Assembly: GCF_009914755.1 (NCBI RefSeq)
Contig: NC_060933.1
DNA length: 64,000 nt
Origin: the human T2T-CHM13v2.0 reference genome, Homo sapiens
Reading direction: 5' to 3' (one strand)
Part shown: positions 29,810 to 43,262 of the stretch, piece by piece
Layout of the letters: every line of letters starts with the position of its first letter
Position numbering within the stretch: position 1 is the stretch's first letter
Position numbers and translations under genes: made by a program
Notes under the pieces: generated by a model
Databases searched by the model: none
The model's input: the letters and a program-made list of their open reading frames with translations, nothing else
Told to the model about the DNA's origin: nothing

Positions 29810-30640
29810 AATTCATTTAACAAATATTGCTGAGCATGAGCACCTTACCTGCTAGGCACTGGGCACTAGAGGGAAAAAGTGAGCAAAAATAGACACATCT
29901 TAGCCTCCTGGACCTAATGATCCCCCTAGAGAGCCAGACATTTATCAAATAATTCCACAAACACATATTGAACAAGACCTGTGATAAATGGCATGGAACA
30001 AACATTCTGAGGGCTATGAGAATCTGTAATAAGGGAATCTAACCAGGTTAGATTCCTGTACTCTGGGAAGACTGAGGAGGGCATCTTTGAGCCCTGGGCT
30101 CCTTCCCCACTGGGCAGAGGAAACAATGAGCAGGAAGGCCCCGTGGCAAGAGAAGCAGAACATGGTAAAGGAGATGGCAGATGGCCAGTGTGCTGGACAT
30201 AGAGCCCAAGGTGCAAAACCCAGCTGTAGAAGCAGAAGGACCTTGCCAGCCATGCTGAGGATTTTTTGTGATCATAAAAGCAATGAGATGCCACTAAGAG
30301 CTCTCAGAAAGAGGTAGGGCTTTGCAACTCTGTGAGCCAGAGTAAGCAGATGGGCTGAGGGGCTCTTACAGAAGCTCAGTGGGGAGATGATGGTTTGGTG
30401 GGCATAGATTCAGAGCAAAGTGAAAAGACTTATAAGCTATTTAGGAGGCAAAATTGCAGGACCTGGAGGTGGATTGGGTATGGAAAGGGAAAAGAAGAGG
30501 AAGATATCAAGGATGTGAGATAGATTTCTGGCCAGAATAACTGGACAGTTGGTGTCATTCTATGACCTTGTTTTGGAATGGTCTGGAAGGAGACCAAGGA
30601 TTCAGCTGGGTGCATTAAATTAAGTTTAAAGTGATTTTAA
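29810..30640 (-). mobile_element. L2 LINE fragment
   Basis: attcatttaacaaatattgctgagca...gctaggcactgggc 3' end, followed by purine-rich L2-like body (gagatgatgg...gcaggacctgg...gatttctggcc). Confidence 0.65.
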
Positions 30641-33600
30641 GTCATCTGTATTTCAAGATCACCTCTAACCGGCATGAAAACATTCATAGGGGGGTATCCA
30701 AATAGTTGAACAACGCCAAGGTGGGAGAGTTGGGAGAGCTGGGGACATTTGGGTGAGAAAAAGGAAGACCTAAATGTGGACATACTAGCTACCTTCTGCT
30801 ACATAGATGAGGATAGAGGTTCTAGAGGCCAGAACTGTGTCTGTTGCATAGAAGTTTCATGAAGCAGATTTGGCACGATGTAAAGAGGAACTAAGAACGA
30901 GAGCTGTGATGTATCAGGGCTGCCTTCCCAAAAGATGAGTTCCTTGTCACTGGAGGGAAGTGTCCAAGTGTAGGTTTTCCATCTTCTATTATGCTGCAGA
31001 AAGGGCTCCAGTGTTTTAAAAATTGTGTTCTATGGAACCCAGTGAGTTTATGAAGGGGCTTCAGTGACTGGTTTTGTAAACAGTTGATTTCAATTTCATC
31101 TCTTTATGTGTACTATAACCGTTAATATAACTACTAATATGAAATATGCTGTAACCAATAAAAACTAATGAAAACTAACATGCTCAAATGTGTTATATAC
31201 ACAATTTTAACACATTAGACAGTGGAAAAACTTTGATGCGTTTTTGGGGTTTAGCTTTATAATGTATAAATACTACCAACTTGAAGTTTTAGAAATGAAT
31301 TCCTAGTAATACATGCATTTTTATTTTCATTAGTTTTGAAGATGGTGTCTTAAGATTATATGAAATTTAGATAAGGCCTAAAGATCCTTATAACTCAAAG
31401 ATTCCATTGGTTTTATTCAGACAATTAAAATAAGCAATCATATTCTCATTTCTATACATTTATTTTAGCCCCCAAAAATCCATATGAGCAGATCTAGGTC
31501 CTCTGTGCACAGGGAAACATTTATGAAGCACTCTGCTTCCAGAATTAACTATGATTTCAGCTCTCCCTACGCTCTCCATTGAGCCCTCTTTCCATGCTTT
31601 CCTTCCTTCTTTCAAACTTGCCAAACTTCATCTGAGCTTTCAAAGACATTGATTATATGTGCATGGACTACTCTAAAAAAGTCTTGGTATCTCATTATAT
31701 TTATGACATAAGTATTTAAATAGCTTAAGGACCATGGCCAACAGCTTCTCCATGTCACAGAGAAGAGAATGTTCAAATGTTCACAGCTTTGAAGCACAGC
31801 TCACTGTGAATAATTAAGTGGCAGTAGTTAAGAGAAAAAGGGGAAAATGGTAAGCAGATCAGAGAAACCCAGAGAACATTTGATTCAACTTTTTACCAGA
31901 TGACTGCTTCACTATTCTCCAGGCCCTCAGCAGAACTCACCAACTTTGCCACAGAGAGAACATTCACCCAAGGACACACTTGGCCATAACAGTCTTCCCT
32001 AGTTTTTCATTCAGTACCAGAACACCTAATGTGTCCTCAAATACTCCTACTGTAATGAGTGTGAAATGAACAGGAATATGGCAGCCTGTTTCAGCCCCTT
32101 GAACAGGTTCCTCATTCTCAAAAACAGACCCCAAAACCCTTTCAAATAAAACACAAGGTTGACCTGCTGACAAACATAGTACTCCTGTTATTCATAAGAT
32201 CAACCACCTGTGGTTACATAAATCCAAAGTGTGCTAAATAACGATTTCTGTGCACTAAGTGCCACCCATGTGATCTGTACATGATCTGAGCACACTAACC
32301 CTCCCTGGGCCTTTGTGTCTGGGCCTCAGTTGTGAAATGAGGACAGCGTTCATCAGATCAGATGATTTCTAAAGTCCTTTCAGCTCTAAAAGTCTAATCT
32401 CAAGACTCAGGTTCACTGAATTAAACCAAAATATTGTCTTCACAGAGAAGACTTAAGATCAATTCTTAGAGAATTTACAAAACTAGGGGAAAAAATTTAA
32501 AAAAAACAAAGATACAGTTTCTCCTACAGAATGTACAGTTTTGCTCAATGGTATTTTTTAAAGTTTATTTCTTTGTCGACTGTTTATGTTTAACCCCCAT
32601 GAATCATTCAGAAGATGCATTTTATCTGCTGGCCTTACAGGTAAGAGGATTAGATGATACTATCTTTTTCTGTCTTTTCTCTTAAAGCAATATCCCCATA
32701 TTAGAGAAGAAGTTTATTTATTAGCCACATGCAGACTTTCATGGTTTGCTTTTTGTTCTGGATGTTTGTGTGTGTGGAAATACATAAAATGACAAGAAAT
32801 GAGAAAGTACATAAAACCTGATAACAGTGTCTGAACCCCACGCATATCTGCTATCATACTATAGACTAATATTACCTGTGTAGAGCCAGGGCCTCTCCTC
32901 ATAACAAATACCCTAACTTGATAAGGTGGCAAATGAATCAATCGTTATGTGGTTTTTATTAAATAATACACCCAAGGATGCATGCCTTGTGCTACTTGGT
33001 GGTGTGCAAAGTAAGTCAAACATTGTCAACCATTGTCAATGTAATTTTTATAGATCTCAGTTTTATAGATGGTAATTTAGAGCTGCAGAAGGTTAAAGCT
33101 CTTGTGTAACTTGGAGCCAGATAGCCCAAGAGTTTTCTTTACCTTTTTAAGGCATAAAAGAAGTAGGACTCAGATTGAATTCCTCTCCACATCTCACTTA
33201 TAAGAGAAACATCCTTTATTTGTCCAACATGGAGACTGAGCAGCATGGAGAATGGGCTGTTCTCCAGTTTGAAATAGTGATTTTCCCAAGTACCAACCTA
33301 GTTCATATCCTCAAATGATGTGGAGAACCTCTTGGTTTCCACCCTTGGTTTCCACCTTTGTAGGTCCCCTTAGAACTTCCAAGTGGAGGTGCATGTCTCC
33401 TCCCCTTGCCTTATCCCTGCTGGCTTCAGCTTTCCCTAAGCAGCCTCAAGGAAGTCGCCGGCTGTTTGGGAGTTAAGGGGAGCAGGCCTGGATATCCCCT
33501 GGGTGTGGCATATTTCCAGGACAGAAAGCTGCAAAAGGAAAGAACAGTGTGGGAAAGAAATGCCCACTTGAATGAGATCAGGATGTTCTGAGCCCTGTCC

Positions 33601-34718
33601 TGGTGCCGCCTGGGGCTGCAGCTTGGCAGTGCCAGGAGACACTCATTGCCCTCGGCGGCTCTGGGAGCACCTTGGAAGGCGGCACCCTCCCCCGGGGGAG
33701 CACACACAAGCTGCTGCAGGCAAAGAATGGCCACCCAGGGGCAGTTCTCAGAGGAAGGAAGGTTCCTTTGAGGAGTGGACAGCAAGACATTCTCACCCTG
33801 GGACTCAAGAGAAGTGGAGCTTTTTTCCCCCCTCTTTCCCAAAATGCAAATAGCCTCTGTCCTTGGAATAAGGAAGATGGGTTGCTAGGCAATCACTTCT
33901 AAACAAGCACTCCCCCTGCCCCTTTTTCCTGACCCCTAGAACAATGGAGACTTTTCAGCAAATGGAACCAAGATGGAGGAAAAGATGTGGCAAAAACAGA
34001 AATGGAATCAGAGATTACAGAAGTTCTGATTCATAGAGTATTGGAAGAAAAATGTAATATTAATAGGTTTTGCTCTAGACAGACTAAAGGGGGTCTCACT
34101 TTTGCCATCACATTGGCGTTATTTGTCATCACAAGTCAAGTTGCACAGGCAGTGCAGCAGCCGCTGTCCTGTGCTGATCCCACTTGCAATGACTTGGGTG
34201 ACCTTAAGGATGTGACGTTATTACCAGTGAACTAAGAGTTCTTAGGTCTCAGTCTGTTTATCAGTGCAACAATATTAATAGTTGGAATTATCATATTTTC
34301 AAAATAACCTTTTTAGCAATTCCCACATTTCGTTAGATTCTGCCTGTCAGGGTCTTGGTAGGAAATATGTGTGATATTCACACAAATTGTGTGAATACAA
34401 TTCACACAATACAATACAATACAATATGTATTGTAAGTGTGAATACAATAGAAACAGATTTGAATTAAAGGGCTATTGACAAAGGTGTAGATACGTTTTA
34501 GGGAAACACAAAGGATAGCATAGGTCCCTATGCCCCCTTGGTCTGAAGGGACAAGGGGAAGGAGTGGTTATCTAGCCCAGGAAGGGTAGATACCTGAGAG
34601 GGCTGCCTGACAAGAGCTCTGCCTTTTGGTAGAAGGACATAGCTAGCCTATGATGACTCCACACCTAAATTCTGTCCTCAAAACAGTGGGAAGCCAGGGG
34701 TCAAGGGGACAGTCCAAA

Positions 34719-35087
34719 TGTATGAGTCAGCTTAGCTGCCGTTAACAATATGCCATAAGCTGGGAGGCTTAAACCACAGAAATTTATTTTCTCACACCCC
34801 TGGAGGCTGGAAGTCTGAGACCAGAGTGCCAGCATGGTTGGGTTCTGGTGAGGGCTCTCTTCTTGGCTTGCAGACGGCCACCTTCTTGCTGTGTCCCTGT
34901 GTGGCAGAGAGAGCTCTGTTGTCTCTTCCTCTTTTATAAGGACACAAAGTTCTATGGGATTAGGGCTCTACTTATGGGTGCCTTTAACTTTTATTACCTC
35001 CTTAAAAGCCCTGCTTGCAATGCAGTTGCATGAGGAGTGAGGGCTTCAACATAGGAATTTGGCGGGGACATAATTTAGTTCACAGCA
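34719..35087 (-). mobile_element. MLT1A0-like (MaLR) solo LTR
   Basis: TG...CA termini; 5-bp TSD ccaaa/ccaag at 34714-34718 and 35088-35092; internal tggaggctggaagtctgaga...ggttctggtgagggctctct. Confidence 0.88.
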
Positions 35088-35591
35088 CCAAGTAACAATT
35101 TAGAGTCGACACTGAATTACCGTAGTGCTAGAGGCCTAAGAGAATCAGAATATCTCCCTGGGAAACTTACCACAAGATTTTAAAGTATCCATTAATGCAA
35201 GACCTAATATTATTCTTACTTCTTGGTAGAGCCAACTAAAACACTGTGAGATCAGGTAACTTTTCCAGAGAATGAGCATGAAGGGCAGGTGCTGGCCAGC
35301 TTGCTCTGTTTGACAGAGGTAGCAAGGCCCTGATCCCACAAAAAAAAAACTATAAACACAACTAGAGAACTCTGTTAGCAATCAGCAGGGTTTCTTTGAC
35401 TTTTGTCCATTGTAAATGTTTTCATGGTGGAAGCAGTGTTATTAAAAATATTCTTGAAATTTGAAGAGGAAAATTAGATCATCTATAAATCCGTATGATT
35501 GAATATTTACTGATTTATTTGTTTTTACACACTATTCTCTTGCTTCCTGTGTGTATATGTAGATATAGACATAGATATACACATACACATA

Positions 35592-36259
35592 CACTTGATT
35601 CTTATTATTCACAGTGGTTATTTTCTATAAAGTCACTACATTGAATTAGCTGAATTAGCTGCATTAGCAAATACTGAATCACTGCTCCAAGGGGAAATAT
35701 AGGAATAGGCTCCTGTAAACCCTGGTCACAACATCTTCATTAGCTGATCAATACATAACCTTGTTTTATGTACGTTTCTGTTTAAATACATCTTATTTAG
35801 TATATATTGTTGATTCATTTACATTGAACTCAGGGCCAACAGCCTGAACATAACTCACATCTGAATAAAGTGTATCTAATACACATATTTTCTCCATAAG
35901 GCACAGCACAGACTTCTTGCTCTTAGGAACACGAGACAGAACTTTAGTGCTAAGTTTGGGGACCATTTTAAATAGCAAAATCACCAATAACAAGCACAAA
36001 AATGCAAAAAAACATGGTTCTAAATAGCATAAAGGATGCATCCTTGCAGTATGGGAGCTGAAACAAGAAGGTAGAATGTCTCCTTGTTCAACCTTCACTG
36101 GAAATGTGCATATCAGACAACTCAAATATTTTTGCTGCTCTGTGCATGGTTGTGAATGACTGTGGAAGAACCTTGAGTGTTGGTTTTGATATTACAAGTA
36201 CATTTTACAGTGTAGGACAATTTGCAAATACAGAATTCGTGGATAATGAGAATCAACTG
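35592..36259. mobile_element. MER82-like TcMar-Tigger non-autonomous element, apparently complete
   Basis: Terminal inverted repeats CACTTGATTCTTATTATTCAC and revcomp CAGTTGATTCTCATTATCCAC match 18/21. TA on the left flank. Body is collinear with the recalled MER82 consensus. Confidence 0.85.
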
Positions 36260-36303
36260 CACATATACCATATATACACCCATGCACACACACATTAGTT
36301 GTA

Positions 36304-38718
36304 CAGGCATACCTCATTGTATTGTGCTTCACTTTATTGCACTATGCAAATATTGTGTATTTTTACAAATTGAAGGTTTGTGGCAACCAGGTATCAAGAA
36401 AGCCTATCAGTGCCATTTTTCCAACTGCATGGGCTCACTTCATGTCTCTGTGTCACATTTTGGTAACTCATGCAAAATCTCAAACTTTTGCTTATTATAA
36501 GATCTGTTCCAGTGATTTATATTCAGTGGTTTTTAATGTTACTATTGTACTTGTTTTGTGGTGCCACAAACTATATCCATGTAAGACAGTGAACTTAATA
36601 ATTGTGTGTGTATTCTGACTGCTCTACCAACTGGATATTTGCCATCTCTCTCCCTTTCCCTGGGCCTCTCTATTCCCTGATACATACCAATATTGAAATT
36701 TGGACAATTAATAACCCTACACAAGCCTCCAAGTTTTCAAGTGAAAGGAGGAGTCACACATATCTCACTTTAAATCAAAAGCTAAAAAAGATTAAACTTA
36801 GTAAGGAAGGCATGTCGAAAGCCATGGTAGGTGAAAAGCGAGGCCTCTTGTGACAGGTTGCCAAGTTGTGAATGCAAAGAATAAGTCCTTGAAGGAAATT
36901 AAAGTGCTGCTCCAGTGAACACATGAATGACAAGAAAGCAAAACAGCCTTCTTGCTGATAGGGAGAAAGCTTCAGTGGTCTAGATAGAAGATCGAAACAG
37001 TCACAACATTCCCTTAAACCAAAGCCAAATTTAGAAAAAGGCTCTAACTCTATTCAATTCTGTGAAGGCTGAGAGAGGAGAGAAAGCTGCAGAAGAAAAG
37101 TTGGAAGCTAGCAGTGATTGGTTTCTAAGGCTTAAGGAAAGAAGCCATCTCCATAATATAAAAGTGCAAGGTGAAGCAATAAGTGCTGATGGAGAAGCTA
37201 CGGCAAGTTACCCAGAAGCTCTAGCTAAGATCATTCATGAAGGTGGCTGCACTAAACAACAGATTTTCAATGTAGACAAAACAGCCTTCTATTGAAAGCA
37301 GATGCCATCTGGGCTATGAAAATAGCTAGAGAGGAGAAGTCAGTGCCTGGCTTCAAAGCTTCACAGTGTCCCGTCAGCTGACTCTCTTGTTAGGGGCTAA
37401 TGCAGCTGGTGACTTTAAGTTGAAGTCAATGTTTATTTACCATTCCAAAAATACTAGGGCCTTTAAGCATTATGCTAAATCTACTCTGCCCATGCTCTAT
37501 AAATGGAACAACAAAGCCTGGATGACAGCACATCTGTTTACACCATGGTTAACTGAATATTTTAAGCCTGCTATTGCAACATGCTGCCTGGAAAAAAAGA
37601 TTCCTTTCAAAATGTTACTGTTTATTGACAAAGCACCTGGTTACCCAACAGCAATGATGGGATGTACAAGGAGATTCATGTTATTTTCATGCCTGCTAAC
37701 ACAACATCCATTCTGTAGCCCATGGATCAAGGAGGCATTTTGACTTTCAAGTCTTATGATTTAAGAATTGTAAGGTAATAGCTGCCATAGAGAGTGATTC
37801 TTCTGATGGCTCTGGGCAAAGTCAATGGAGAACCTTCTGGAACATATTCCCCATTCTAGAAGCCATTAAGAACATTCATGATTTGTAGGAAGAGGTCAGA
37901 CTATCAGTATTAACAGGCATTTGGAAGAAGTTGATTTCAACCCTTGTAGATGACTTTGAGGGAGGGATTCAAGACTTCAGTGGAAGAACTCACTGCAGAA
38001 GTGGTGGAAATAGCAAGGGAACTAGAATTAGAAGTGGAGCCTGGAGATGTGACTGAATTGTTTCAATCTCATGACAAAACTTGAACATATGAGGAGCTGC
38101 TTCTCATGAATGAACAAATAAAGTGGTTTTTTGAGCTGGAATCTATTCCTGGTGAAGGTGTTGTAAACATTGTTGAAATTACAACCACGAATTTGGAATA
38201 TGATATAAATTGGGTTGATAAAGCAGCAGCAGAGTTTGAGAGAATGACTCCAATTTTGAAAGAAGTTCTGTGGATAAAATACCATCAAACAGCATTACAT
38301 ATTACAGAGAAATCTTTTGTGAAAGGAAGAGTCAATCCATGCAATAAATTTCACTGTTGTATTATTTTAAGAAATTTTAAGAAATTGCCACAGCCACCCC
38401 AACCTTTAACAACCACCTGACCAATCAGGAGCTGTCACCACGAAGGCAAGAACTTCCATCAGCAAAGCAATGATGACTTGCTACGGGTTCAGATGATTGT
38501 TAGCATTTTTTAGCAATAAAGTGTTTTAAAATTAAGGTATCTACATTGTTTTTATTTAGCTATAACGCTATTGCATACATAATAAACCACAGTATGTTGT
38601 AAACAGAACTTGTGTAAGCACGGGAAAACAAAAAAAATTGTGTGAACCCATTTATTGCCACATTTGCTTTATTGCAGTGGTATGGAACGGACCCTGCAAT
38701 ATCTCTGAGGCATGTCTG
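36304..38718 (+). mobile_element. Full-length Tigger1 DNA transposon (2415 bp)
   Basis: TA|CAGGCATACCTC ... GAGGCATGTCTG|TA terminal inverted repeats with TA duplication on both sides; length close to the ~2.4-kb consensus; internal transposase remnants. Confidence 0.95.
36722..38090 (+). pseudogene. Decayed Tigger1 pogo/CENP-B-like DDE transposase
   Basis: Fragments ASKFSSERRSHTYLTLNQKLKKIKLSKEGMSK (HTH), [26 protein letters not shown]...NKAWMT...FIDKAPGYP, and PMDQG in another frame. Start ATG lost; several stops and frameshifts. End coordinate approximate. Confidence 0.88.
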
Positions 38719-38789
38719 TACTCATCTGGATCTCACAATTTGTGTTCCTTTTGTGTGTGTGTGTGCCTAGTCTTTTCTTCTATACATTT

Positions 38790-39130
38790 TTCTTGTTACA
38801 ATGAGTGATGTTTATATTTTTGATGGCTAAACAGTATTCCATCCAATTGCATTACTATAATTAGCCTAATTGTTTCCTATTGTTGGACTTTTAGATTTTT
38901 TCTGTTTCTTACTATTTTAAATAGCTGTGCAGAGAGCATGATTGTATGTGGGACTGTTTTCTTCTTTTGACTTACTTACTTAGGATAAGTTCCCAATAGA
39001 GGACTTGTAGGCTTGAAAAATATGAACATTATTATGACTTTTGAGCAATATTATATTGTCATCCCACTCTTAAAATAGTTGCACAGCATTCACCAATACA
39101 TGAACATTACTAACTACTAATCCCCAGTGT
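38790..39130 (-). mobile_element. Very old L1 (L1ME-like) fragment
   Basis: ggctaaacagtattccat...cctattgttggacttttagatttt...ttaggataagttcc is antisense L1 3' text. Confidence 0.55.
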
Positions 39131-39700
39131 CTCTGTTACATCCAGCCTTGAGAAGATAATGATTAAATGAGAAATTGTGCAAATTCCTAAATAAAACACT
39201 GTCCCTAGGTGTGAGTCTGTATTCCTTTGGTTATTGGTGCATGACTTCTGACCCTCTGACTTTCTATTAGTTCCTCTGGAGCCAAGGCAGGAAGTCAACA
39301 GCCAAAGAGGTCCCTACCCATCATCCCATACAAAGGGCAGAGGATGAGTGTGAGAATCACAGCTGAAGCAGGCATGCCAGGTTGGGCTTGGGTAGCATGT
39401 CCAAAATGGAGCGCGTAAGCTCGTGATGCCGAATGTGAGCCTCAAAATAGGAGTAAATGCATAAACTTGGGAAACGAAAGTCAGGGTAGGTGCAGACTTC
39501 AAGAGAGCAGGTAGTGTGAAAGAAATCCTTTGCCAAGTTTTTATATAAATGTAGGCAATGACTTCATGGCAGGACAGGTCTGTCTGAAGGGGCTGGAATA
39601 AACAGATGGCAAAATCAACCAGATTTCCCAATTTTGGTAACTCATTCTTGCTTTGTCTTATTTAGATTTTCTGCTTTTTGCTTTCAACATTTAACTTTTG

Positions 39701-40057
<357 letters not shown>

Positions 40058-42509
40058 TGAATAATTCCTTAAAGTACATGTATACATATTTGTGTATGTA
40101 GTTACTTGTGTATATATGATTAAGCAAGTAATTATTCTAATCTTTTTTTAATTTTGTTTTTGGAAACAAAATATAATTTATTTGCCCTGTATTCAAACTT
40201 TATAATAACTGAAAGCTGATGTGTTTTTTCATTGTCTTCTTAAATCAGTTGAAAAGGTACGATACTTACATGTTCTTGTTCCCCATTAAGTGGAAGAATT
40301 GTATTTTTAAAAAATAGCATTTTACTTTGGCTATTATGTCCACAGGATAAAAAGGAAGGGGATTTTAGAGGGAGAAATTGTTTCAAAATGTTTTGAATCA
40401 CTTAGCAGTTTAACCCTTAAAATGATAGTTTCTGGGGTTTTATTGATTATTTGGAAGGTAAGTCTATGCAGACAAATAGTTAATTGGCTTAGCCAAGAAA
40501 TTAGAGAATTCAGTAATTCAGTGGGGAAGTGGGGTGTCAAGCCAGCTGATCGATTAGTATCACGTGGAAGAACTAACCAAGGGATTTAATTTCTGGGTTT
40601 TATCCATTGCCTTTGTTACTGCATAAGCATTCTGATTAATGAAAATGTAAACTATTTTAGAATATTCTGCAAGTTTTAGTACTTACATGCAATAGTATCT
40701 TTCCTTTTTATTGGGTAGAATTATATTTTGCACACCCCCATGGAACGATGTTTCAGTATTGAATGTCAGTGTTAGAGATTTAGGAAGAGGAACAGTTTGG
40801 TGGCCTTTAGCTAGGGTTGCTTTTAGGAAACCCACCTATGCCACACCCACAAGGGTACATGTCAGGCTATCTGGGCAGCTATTAATGACTGAGAATGAGC
40901 CGAGGAGGATTAAGCAGGAATTTTTCTCAGCAGGAGGATCTTGACTCTAGATTATTAGTGGTCCTAATGAAGAAACAGATATATCTGCTGGCCTGTGTCA
41001 CTCAGGAGTCTGTGGCAGCACCAGGGTCACCTGAATCCTGGTCCAGAAATCTCCCCTAGGAATCTATGGTCAAAAGACTCCATTGTCAAAAGAACCCATT
41101 AGGTCTGAATCCATGTGGTAGCTAAGTGCCTCTCTCTTCTATATGCCAACTACATCATCACAAAGATCCTCATGCTGATCTAAGGTCCATCTTATCCTCT
41201 TTGTCCCAACATCTTCATTTAGCTTTATTTTAGCCCCCTCTCACTTCTTACTTACAAACCCAATGCGCAATGACAAAATCACACTTTTGTACACATTCCA
41301 TATAATATAAAAATGTAGGGGAACTAACACTTATCCAGTATGTGGGATGACAACTGTTTGACGTTCACCTGACCGTATCTTTTAAACAGATAAATGTGTA
41401 TGCTTTGATTTAAAAATAATTTCAAAGATATGACATATCCCAAGATAATCTACATTCCACAAAGACGAGTAGACAAAATGTAATGATGTTTATCAAAGGG
41501 GATGGAAAATATGTATGTATTCAGCAGATTATATAGATTTTTCTTTCTTAGAGCAGTGGTGGATTTTTTTTTTCTCCTGCCTAATTTATACCCCATGTGA
41601 CTTTTGTTGGGCAAATCAAATATAGGGAAGTGGGAAAGGATACTTAATATTCTGACCCTTCTGAAATAGGTCTTGGTAATGAGATCGTTTTGCTGATGCA
41701 TGAGCTGAGGAAAAACGGCCCCTTCAGCATCCTCGGTTCTAGTCTTAAAAATTACTACTACTTGCTCTTTAACAGCGTCTGATACCAAATTGCTGTTCTT
41801 TAAGTTCATAATCAGTTCTGTCCCCATGGTTCCCTGAAAACTAAATGACCCCAAGGTGAAATTGACAGAGGAAGCATAAGGTGAGGCATACAACCACTTA
41901 GGCACAGGCTCTGTCCTGTGGTCAGCACCAACAGATTCTAAGACAAAACCACAGAGCACCTCTTGTTCTTGGAAATCATCTTGAAGGACAGCAGTCAAGG
42001 CTTCCACTGGGGCCTTCCTCTTTGGGAATTCAGGCCTTCACAATTATTTTAATTCCTTGTCTGACTATAAACAACTGTCTTTGAACCCTTGGGCTGCTTC
42101 TACTAATGGAAACTAAGGTTGATTAAATTTTTATTTCCCTAGGACCACTTAGAAAATAAGTACAAATCATTTGAAGATCTCAGTGATCAAAAGTGCTCTT
42201 CAATTCTAAATCTGGGATAGTGTAAAAAGAGACCTGAGCTGTGGGAGCCTTGATCCCACTGGGTATTTGTAGGATCATTCCCCATAAAAATTCAGATTTC
42301 CACTGTCAGGTACAAAAAACTAGTTATTTTAACATCCCTACTGCCCCTCCGCCCCCACACACAAATTACATGATTTGAATGGAGGGACGCGATAGCTTTC
42401 ATTTTAAATGTGAAGGTCCATTGTGAAGGAAAGAAATAGTCTTACTTAAGTAGAAACTGTAGGTGAGCAGATTTGAACTCTAGGGTCACACCCTGTCTGA
42501 CAATTATGG

Positions 42510-42720
42510 TGGAAGACATGGGACAGTGGGTCTTGGAGCTGGGGCTCTAGAGTTAGCCAAACACATACATTTCAGTTTCAGTTTCCTCCTACTGACTTGA
42601 AGAGCTTAGAAATGTTGACTCTTCTTTCGAGCCTCAGTTTCATCATATCCAAAATAGTAATGACAAAATTACCTATCTTGGGGTTGCTGTGAGGATTAAA
42701 TGAGATACTTCAGTGATGAT
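42510..42720 (+). mobile_element. MIR SINE
   Basis: gagcctcagtttcatcatatccaaaatag...gggttgctgtgaggattaaatgagata. Confidence 0.7.
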
Positions 42721-42739
42721 TAGCCTTTATATTCCAGGG

Positions 42740-43262
42740 CAGTGGTTTTCAAACTCTGGCCTGAGTAAGAGTCGCCTGGAGGCCCCCTTAAAACAGATTT
42801 CAGGGCCGGGCATGTTGGCTCATACCTGTAATCCCAGCAGTTTGGGAGACTCAGATGGGCAGATTACCTGAGGTCAGGAGTTCGAGGGCAGCCTGGCCAA
42901 CATGATAAAACTCCATCTCTACTGAAAATACAAAAATTAGCCTGGCATAGTGGTGCACGCCTGTAGTCCCAGCTACTTGGTGGCTGAGGCATGAGAATCG
43001 CTTGAACCCGGGAGGCGGAGGTTGTAGTTAGCTGAGATCACACCATTGCACTCCAGCCTGGGCGACAGAGCGAGACTATATCTCAAACAAACAAACAAAC
43101 AAACAAAAAACAAAAAAAAAGATTTCTAGGTTCTGCCACAGTTTCTGATTCAGTAGGCTTAGGGTGGAGGTGGAACCCTAGAATTCACAAGTCTCTCGAA
43201 TCCTCAGATCAAGCCAATATGGCTGGCCTGGGGACCACAGGCTAAGAAGCTGAGAACCACCA
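42740..43262. mobile_element. MER5A-like hAT element split by an Alu
   Basis: Starts cagtggttttcaaact; after the Alu, gtttctgattcagtagg...ggggaccaca...tgagaaccac. Confidence 0.7.
42804..43120 (+). mobile_element. Full-length Alu (S-type) with (AAAC)n tail
   Basis: ggccgggcatgttggctca...gcgagactatatctc(aaac)n, flanked by aaaacagatttc and aaaaagatttc (degenerate TSD). Confidence 0.95.

Noticed and set aside
34450-34715. Possible additional old ERV LTR fragment
   Set aside because: Resembles LTR text I half-recall, but I cannot assign a family or boundaries.
36602-38420. Possible domesticated TIGD-like transposase gene
   Set aside because: Start codon lost, several stops and frameshifts, and altered residues next to the catalytic aspartates; an ordinary decayed Tigger1.
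41450-42007. 185-aa ORF on the - strand
   Set aside because: Non-ATG start, no family resemblance, low-information C-terminal half.
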